Of a DNA stretch of 64,000 nt, positions 58,214-64,000 are shown piece after piece. The first letter of the stretch is position 1. Each line of letters begins with the position of its first letter. The DNA is from Terriglobia bacterium (lineage in GTDB: Bacteria; Acidobacteriota; Terriglobia; JAJPHL01; JAPKYU01). The stretch spans positions 320,001-384,000 of the forward strand of contig CBDCVK010000010.1 in the NCBI GenBank assembly GCA_965223005.1, in the 5' to 3' direction. Made by a program: the position numbers and the translations under genes. Under the pieces are notes generated by a model, which worked only from the letters and a program-made list of their open reading frames with translations, had not been told where the DNA came from and searched no databases.

Positions 58214-59299
58214 CTAGTCGCGGATGCGCACCACTGGCTCGGGGTCCGCGGAGGAGCCGGCCTGGCGGATCCGTTCTACTGCGGTTTGGGCAAGGTTGTA
58301 GAACGCCTTGGCCTGCGGAGCGTCCGGACCGCGCGCCCCCACTGGCGCACCGGTGTCGCCGCCCACCCGGATGTCCGGATCCAGGGGCACGTGGCCCAGG
58401 AACGGCACGCCGAACTGCTGGGCGAGGCGCTCGCCGCCCCCGTGGCTGAACACGTCCACCTGCTTGCCACAGTGCGGGCAGACGAAGTAGCTCATGTTCT
58501 CCACCACTCCGAGCACCTCCGCCTTCACCTGGCGGAACATGGCGATGGCCTTGCGCGCATCCTCCAGCGCCACGTCGGAAGGGGTAGTGACGACGATCGC
58601 CCCGGTGATGGGCACCGTCTGCAGCAGCGTCAACTGGACGTCCCCGGTGCCCGGCGGCAGGTCCACCACCAGGTAGTCCAGCTCGCCCCACTCGACGTTG
58701 CGGATGAATTGCTGGATGACGCTGTGCAGCATCGGGCCGCGCCAGATCACTGGGCGGTCGCCCGGATTGAGAAAGCCCATGGACATCATCCGCACGCCAT
58801 AGCTCTCGAGCGGCAGAATCCGGTCCCCCCGCGCCTGGGGCGTTTCGCTGGTGCCCATCATCAGCGGAACATTGGGTCCGTAGACGTCGGCGTCCATCAG
58901 GCCCACGCGAGATCCCAGACGTGCCATAGCCACCGCCAGGTTCACCGCCACCGTGGTCTTGCCCACTCCGCCCTTTCCGGAGGCAACGGCAATGAGGTTC
59001 TTCACGCCCGGGATAGGCGCCTTATCTGCTCCTCCCGGGTGGGCCTGCGGTCCCGGGGCGGCGAATTTCACCTGCACTTCGGTGACCCCAGGTAGCTTTG
59101 TCAACTCCGCGCGAACACTGCTTTCGATTTCGCCCAGGCGCGGGTGGTTAGGGCTGCTAACCAGAACCGTCAGAGCCACAAGGCCGTCGTGCACCACCAG
59201 GTTCCGCACCATGTTGAGCGAGACGATGTCCTTCCCTCGCTCCGGCTCGAGCACGTTGCCGAGCGCCTGCATCACCTGCTGGTCACTCACGTTGCCCAT
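58214..59299 (-). CDS. mrp: Mrp/NBP35 Fe-S cluster carrier ATPase (ApbC)
   Basis: SGKGGVGKTT, DADVYGP, WRGPM, DLPPGTGD, ENMS.F.CPHC. Confidence 0.95.
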   Translation of the reverse strand: MGNVSDQQVMQALGNVLEPERGKDIVSLNMVRNLVVHDGLVALTVLVSSPNHPRLGEIESSVRAELTKLPGVTEVQVKFAAPGPQAHPGGADKAPIPGVKNLIAVASGKGGVGKTTVAVNLAVAMARLGSRVGLMDADVYGPNVPLMMGTSETPQARGDRILPLESYGVRMMSMGFLNPGDRPVIWRGPMLHSVIQQFIRNVEWGELDYLVVDLPPGTGDVQLTLLQTVPITGAIVVTTPSDVALEDARKAIAMFRQVKAEVLGVVENMSYFVCPHCGKQVDVFSHGGGERLAQQFGVPFLGHVPLDPDIRVGGDTGAPVGARGPDAPQAKAFYNLAQTAVERIRQAGSSADPEPVVRIRD

Positions 59300-59381
59300 C
59301 GAAGCTTCCTCATGCGTAGATTATAGCATTCCGCAACGGCGGGCCCGGTGCGTAGCGTGCAGCAAAGATTCCGATTGGAAT

Positions 59382-60581
59382 TCAGTCGTAGAGCAGGTAG
59401 CGGGCGCGCAGTTTGCGGAAAGCCTCTAGCTCTGCCTGCCAGCTTTCGACGATCTGACGAGGGTCTTCGCCGTCCTGTTTGACATGCGAAAGGATGCGGG
59501 CGGCGGTCGCGTCGTTACCCAGCAGGCGCATGATGCCGCCCACGTCGAACTTGCCGGGATGGAACTTCACCACCGCCGACAGCAACTCTACCCCTAACGC
59601 CACCGCGTTGAGCGCATTGCGGTCGGTCAGCAGCACCTCGACCCCCTGGCACTGCTGGCCCCGGAACAGGCTGGAGTTGGGACGAAAGCGGCGAGCGCGG
59701 AAGCGCACGCCTGCCACTTGGCGCGCGTTCAGGTACTCGACCATCTGGCGGGCTTCGAACCACGGCGCGCCCACCAACTGGAAGGGCGTGGCCGTGCCGC
59801 GTCCCACCGAGACCTGCTTGGACTCCAGCAGGCAGACGCCCGGGTAGAGAATGGCCTGAGTCAGGCTGCGGATGTTGGGCGAGGGGTTCACCCAGGGCAG
59901 GCCGGTTTCGTCCATCCACTGGCCGCGGCGCCAGCCCCGCATCCGAATCACGTGCACCTCGGCGCCCAGCTTCTTCTCGCCGTTGAACATGCGGGTCAGC
60001 TCGCCCACGGTCATGCCGTGGCGGATGGGCATGGGCATGTAGCCCACGAAGGAGAAATACTTTTCTTCCAGCATCGGCCCTTCGACCGCCACACCGTTGA
60101 TGGGATTGGGCCGGTCCAGCACGTAGATGGGAATTTTCGCCCTAGCCGCTTCCTCCAGCATGTAGCCGAGGGTGGTGATGTAGGTGTAGAAGCGAGCGCC
60201 GATGTCCTGTATGTCGTAGACCAGCGCGTCCAGCCCGCACAACATCTCCGGTGTGGGCCGGTATCGGCCGCGCTGGTAGAGGCTGTAGACGGGCACGCCG
60301 GTGGCCGGATCTCTGCCGGACTCAACGTTTCGATCCTCGCGCGTTCCGCGCAGGCCATGCTCGGGGGCAAAGATGGCTGTCAGGCGTACGCCTGGGGTAC
60401 GGTGTAACAAGTCAATGGTGCGGCGGCCATCGGGCGTTTGGCCGGTGTGGTTGGTGATGAGCCCGACGCGCTTTCCCGCCAGCGGTGTGAATTGCTGTGC
60501 CGCCAACACTTCGATGCCCGTCCGGACACGCGCTGACGCACCCACGGCCGCCAGTGCTATTGCTAGCGTTACATGCAGCAC
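59382..60581 (-). CDS. Exo-beta-N-acetylmuramidase NamZ (DUF1343) family
   Basis: GLITNHTG, FAPEHG, DIQDIGARFYTY, LDRPNP, RHGMTVGEL, PSPN, GRGT. Start placed at GTG 60581 ahead of the signal peptide. Confidence 0.9.
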   Translation of the reverse strand: MLHVTLAIALAAVGASARVRTGIEVLAAQQFTPLAGKRVGLITNHTGQTPDGRRTIDLLHRTPGVRLTAIFAPEHGLRGTREDRNVESGRDPATGVPVYSLYQRGRYRPTPEMLCGLDALVYDIQDIGARFYTYITTLGYMLEEAARAKIPIYVLDRPNPINGVAVEGPMLEEKYFSFVGYMPMPIRHGMTVGELTRMFNGEKKLGAEVHVIRMRGWRRGQWMDETGLPWVNPSPNIRSLTQAILYPGVCLLESKQVSVGRGTATPFQLVGAPWFEARQMVEYLNARQVAGVRFRARRFRPNSSLFRGQQCQGVEVLLTDRNALNAVALGVELLSAVVKFHPGKFDVGGIMRLLGNDATAARILSHVKQDGEDPRQIVESWQAELEAFRKLRARYLLYD

Positions 60582-60763
60582 TTCACAACTCCACCCCTCC
60601 CGCGTTTCCTCCGTGACAGCGGTTGGCAGAAAGTTCTTGCAGAACAGAGTAACTGTTCCCTGACTCAGCACAGTCCAGCATACCGCCCGCCCAGCAGACC
60701 GGACAAGCAGCGCTTCGCAGGCAGAAGCCGGATTGGCCCTTTGGCGGTTTATGATGGAAGACG

Positions 60764-61513
60764 GTGCAGAGTCCGTCTTCCATCCTGGTGCTGGCCATCG
60801 ACACCACCAGCGAGCACGGCAGCCTGGCGCTCTCGCGGGGCACGCGGCTGCTGGAGTGCCACGAGGTGCAGTCGCGCCAAGCATTCTCCAAGGTCGTGTT
60901 TCAAGAGATTCGCTCGCTGCTGGAGCGCCACCGGGTTGGTCTGGCCGAGGTGGACTTGTTTGCTGCCGCCGCCGGCCCGGGCTCCTTTACTGGAGTGCGG
61001 GTAGGGTTGACTGCGGCCAAGGGCCTGGCAGCCGTCCAGGGCAAACCCGTGGCGCCGGTGTCCAATCTGGTGGCCACGGCGGCGCTGGTGCCCCCGGGGC
61101 CACGCGTACTGATTCCGCTGCTGGATGCCCGGCGAGGCGAACTCTTCGCCGGCGTCTACGAACGCACCGAGCCGGTGAAACCCGCCGGCCCCTTGCGCTC
61201 GCTGGCGGACGAGATGGTGGCGCGGCCCGAAGCCCTGGAAGAGTGGCTTGCCGGTCTAAAGCTGCCAGCGAGCGACGCCGCCTTTTGCGGCCCGGACGTC
61301 GAGCGGCTGTTCGCTTTATTCAGCAGCGGCCCGGACGCCGTGGCCCACTTTGCACGTCTGGTGACCGGGCGGACACTGGCGGGGGCGGTGGTGCGCCTGG
61401 CCTATGCCGCGTACTGCAACGGCCAGGTACTCACAGCGGAGGCTGCCGACGCAAACTACGTTCGCCGGGCCGACGCCGAAATTCTCCGCTCCCGTTCTCG
61501 AAAAAAGTCGTGA
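60764..61513 (+). CDS. tsaB: tRNA threonylcarbamoyladenosine biosynthesis protein TsaB
   Basis: LAIDTT, GPGSFTGVRVG, LDARRGE. Confidence 0.93.
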   Translation: MQSPSSILVLAIDTTSEHGSLALSRGTRLLECHEVQSRQAFSKVVFQEIRSLLERHRVGLAEVDLFAAAAGPGSFTGVRVGLTAAKGLAAVQGKPVAPVSNLVATAALVPPGPRVLIPLLDARRGELFAGVYERTEPVKPAGPLRSLADEMVARPEALEEWLAGLKLPASDAAFCGPDVERLFALFSSGPDAVAHFARLVTGRTLAGAVVRLAYAAYCNGQVLTAEAADANYVRRADAEILRSRSRKKS

Positions 61514-61567
61514 ACCGAGCTCCACGCCTGGGCGAGTGGTCACGAAGCGCTTCTTTCTGAGCTTGCG

Positions 61568-62047
61568 ATGATGATCCGTCTATTGCGACCTGGGGAAGGG
61601 AAGCGGGCGGCCGAGCTGGTCAGGGCCTGCCCGGGTGCGGCCGACTGGTCGGCCGATGACTACGAACGATTGGCTGCAGACGCTGGGCCGGAGCGCGTTT
61701 GCTTGCCGGAGCACGTTTGCCTGATAGTCGAGCAGCCGCCCGGAATCGTGGCCGGCCTGTTGGTGGCGCGCACCGTGGCCGAAGAAGCTGAGCTGCTGAA
61801 CATAGCCGTGCTGCCGGAACAGCGCCGGCTAGGACTGGGCACTGCGCTACTGGCAGAAGCCTTGCGCCGGCTGGCGGCCGCGGGCGCGCGCAAGACTTGG
61901 TTGGAGGTGCGTGAGTCGAACCAGCCCGCCATCGCCTTTTACCGGCAGCACGGTTTTACCGTCCTCGGGCGCCGCCGCGCCTACTACCGAGCGCCCATGG
62001 AAGACGCCCTGCTCCTGGGCCGTGAACTGCACGCTCCGTCGCCGTAG
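61568..62047 (+). CDS. rimI: Ribosomal-protein-alanine N-acetyltransferase
   Basis: EAELLNIAV, RRLGLG, LEVRESN, RRAYY, EDA; follows tsaB. Confidence 0.9.
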   Translation: MMIRLLRPGEGKRAAELVRACPGAADWSADDYERLAADAGPERVCLPEHVCLIVEQPPGIVAGLLVARTVAEEAELLNIAVLPEQRRLGLGTALLAEALRRLAAAGARKTWLEVRESNQPAIAFYRQHGFTVLGRRRAYYRAPMEDALLLGRELHAPSP

Positions 62048-62114
62048 AGACAGACTTCGGCCACACTAGGGCTTCACCTGTTTAGCCCCTGCTCAACACC
62101 TGCTCCGCGCCTGC

Positions 62115-64000
62115 TCAAGCGGGACGGACTGCCAGCAATGCAACCGGGAAACTGCGAAACACGCTGTGGAGGCGGAGAAGGTTTTGCTTTCTCGCGGAGG
62201 CGGCATCTAGCGGCTCTCCGGTTAGGACGTTGACCCAACGGCGAGGCGCGTCACCGGGCAGGCGGAGGCTATCTGCCCCCCAAATCGGCTGCCCGAGTGG
62301 GAATTTGCCCACTTCCACCAGCCGAGTGACCATCCGGGGCACTACCACAACGGCCCAGCTCTGGCCCCGGCGGCGGGCGAAGGCGCAGACGTTTTCCTTG
62401 TGCTTGCCGGTGCTCTCCAGTGGGAGATAGACGCCCTCGCTGAACACCTCCCGGCGGGCGCGGCGGAAGTTAAGCGCTTTCCATGTGAGGTAGAGCTTGA
62501 TGCGGCCGTCCGGCCAGTGAGCCAGCAGGTCTCGTGCCACCGAAGCAGGGCCGGACGCCGCCTTTCGTTCGAGCTCATCCAGCATGTGCGCCCGTTTCAG
62601 AAAGTCCACCGGGCGTCGGTTGTCCGGGTCCACCAAGGTGAAGTTCCATAGCTCGGTGCCCTGGTAGAGGTCGGGCAAGCCGGGCGAGGCGATTTTCAGC
62701 AGCAGCGCCGACAGGCTGTTGAGCGCGCCATAATGGGCAATTTTCTTCTGGAAGTTGGTGAAATCGCGGAGGAAGCGGTTGGCACCCGACTCTTCCAGGA
62801 TAGCTCCAACAAAATGGCTGAGTGCCTGCTCGTGTGCCGCGTTCGTGCGGATCCAACTGGTATGCTGCTTGGCTTCGCGTGCCGCCTTGAGCATGTAGGC
62901 TTGCAGCCGATCTCTTAGCGACGGCAGCTCGTCCCGCTCGAGCGGCCAGGTACCCAGCATCGTCTGATAGAGCAGGACCTCTTCGCTGGGCACCGGCACC
63001 AAGGAGTCGTCAAATTTCTGTTTCTTTGCCTGGTTCCACCGGCTCCATCGCTGCAGACAGCTCGCCCACTCCTCCGACAGCTCCGCCAGGACGCTGATTC
63101 GGGCGCGTATGTCTTCGCTGCGCTTGGTGTCGTGAGTGGAAGTGGCGTTCAGCGTGTGGGGCCAGTCGGCCTGACGCTGCTTGTTGAACCGGTGGAATGC
63201 ATCGGTGTCCAGCGGCAGATTCTGCCGGAGTGGATCGCCGCCCACCTCGTTGAGGGAAACCAGGCTGTTGTGGGTGTAAAAGGCAGTGTCTTCCAGACCC
63301 TTGCCCATCACCGGCCCGGTGAACTGTTGCCAGCGCATCACGAAGCGCAACCACTCCTTTTTCTCGTTTTCCAGGTAGTCGGGGGGATGGACCAGAAACA
63401 CTTGCTGGAGGAAGGCAAAGGCGGAAGGGCTGACCTGATCCCGCGGGGTTCGCTGACGCGCCACCTTCAGGGTGCGCTCGATGTAAGCGCGGTCGCTGAG
63501 GTGTACCCGGACGTCGCGGATGTAGGTTCTGTAGACGGGCAGGCAGGCCGTGGCTTCCACCAACGCCTGCGAGAGTTCGGATAGCGGCAGGTCTCGCGCG
63601 TTGCGAACCTGCGCTGCCAGTTTCCCGAGTTCGTATGTCAGCGTGGAGATCTCCCCCTGAAAGAGCTGTTCCATCACCTGCTTTTTCCGCTGGTAGCAAA
63701 TGTCGGCGAACGGCTCCTGGTTTCCCGTAAATTGGGCGTAGGTGGCCTCCAGCGCCTGTAAGTCCGGCGCATTGAGGAACACGCCATTCAACGGATGGAG
63801 ATAGTCGTAGCCGGTCGTGCCGCTGGTGGGCCATTCTTCCGGGAGGACTTCGTCGCCGCCCAGGATCTTCTCCACAACCACGTAGAAGGGACGCCCTTTG
63901 CCTTCCTCGAGCGATGCGGCCGCCGCGTCTTGGAGCCGATGAAGATAACCCAGAGGGTCGTACAGCCCGTCAATGTGATCCACCCGCAATCCGGTCACTT
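62115..64000 (-). CDS. treY: Malto-oligosyltrehalose synthase (5' part outside the window)
   Basis: GLRVDHIDGL, VEKIL, GTTGYD, KGLEDTAFY, TSTHDTKRSED, YQGTE, LVDPDNRRPVD. Confidence 0.95.
   Translation of the reverse strand, partial: VTGLRVDHIDGLYDPLGYLHRLQDAAAASLEEGKGRPFYVVVEKILGGDEVLPEEWPTSGTTGYDYLHPLNGVFLNAPDLQALEATYAQFTGNQEPFADICYQRKKQVMEQLFQGEISTLTYELGKLAAQVRNARDLPLSELSQALVEATACLPVYRTYIRDVRVHLSDRAYIERTLKVARQRTPRDQVSPSAFAFLQQVFLVHPPDYLENEKKEWLRFVMRWQQFTGPVMGKGLEDTAFYTHNSLVSLNEVGGDPLRQNLPLDTDAFHRFNKQRQADWPHTLNATSTHDTKRSEDIRARISVLAELSEEWASCLQRWSRWNQAKKQKFDDSLVPVPSEEVLLYQTMLGTWPLERDELPSLRDRLQAYMLKAAREAKQHTSWIRTNAAHEQALSHFVGAILEESGANRFLRDFTNFQKKIAHYGALNSLSALLLKIASPGLPDLYQGTELWNFTLVDPDNRRPVDFLKRAHMLDELERKAASGPASVARDLLAHWPDGRIKLYLTWKALNFRRARREVFSEGVYLPLESTGKHKENVCAFARRRGQSWAVVVVPRMVTRLVEVGKFPLGQPIWGADSLRLPGDAPRRWVNVLTGEPLDAASARKQNLLRLHSVFRSFPVALLAVRPA

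Noticed and set aside
60582-60884. N-terminal extension of the NamZ ORF overlapping tsaB
   Set aside because: Non-protein-like sequence; the signal peptide starts near 60581.

Overview
GC-rich bacterial chromosomal segment, most likely from Acidobacteriota. This is inferred from a TIGR03437-type domain, an Acidobacteria-type GTTC-N7-GTTC SOS box and the gene repertoire. It holds about 55 CDSs. I found no rRNA, tRNA, CRISPR array, integrase or transposase. Housekeeping genes include uvrC, thrC (frameshifted), alaX, miaB, miaA, acs, fabZ-lpxA-lpxI, a second lpxA next to lpxD, cstA, mrp/apbC, tsaB-rimI and treY (partial). The stretch at about 9-21 kb is a patchwork accessory region with a c-di-GMP circuit and several gene remnants. 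Main highlights: (1) a POTRA-less Omp85 barrel followed by a signal-peptide-bearing protein with atypical-kinase motifs, a candidate exported-kinase system; (2) a radical SAM enzyme resembling archaeal GDGT ring synthases (Grs), a candidate branched-GDGT modifying enzyme; (3) a REC-PilZ-coiled-coil-GGDEF cyclase with a GGDEF-less paralog, a degenerate-GGDEF histidine kinase and an HD-GYP protein; (4) a dppA insert flanked by a duplicated tonB 3' end, with an unannotated 33-aa membrane ORF coupled to the displaced copy; (5) a divergent second LpxA whose promoter region carries three hairpins. All family assignments come from motif recognition by eye; no database searches were run.
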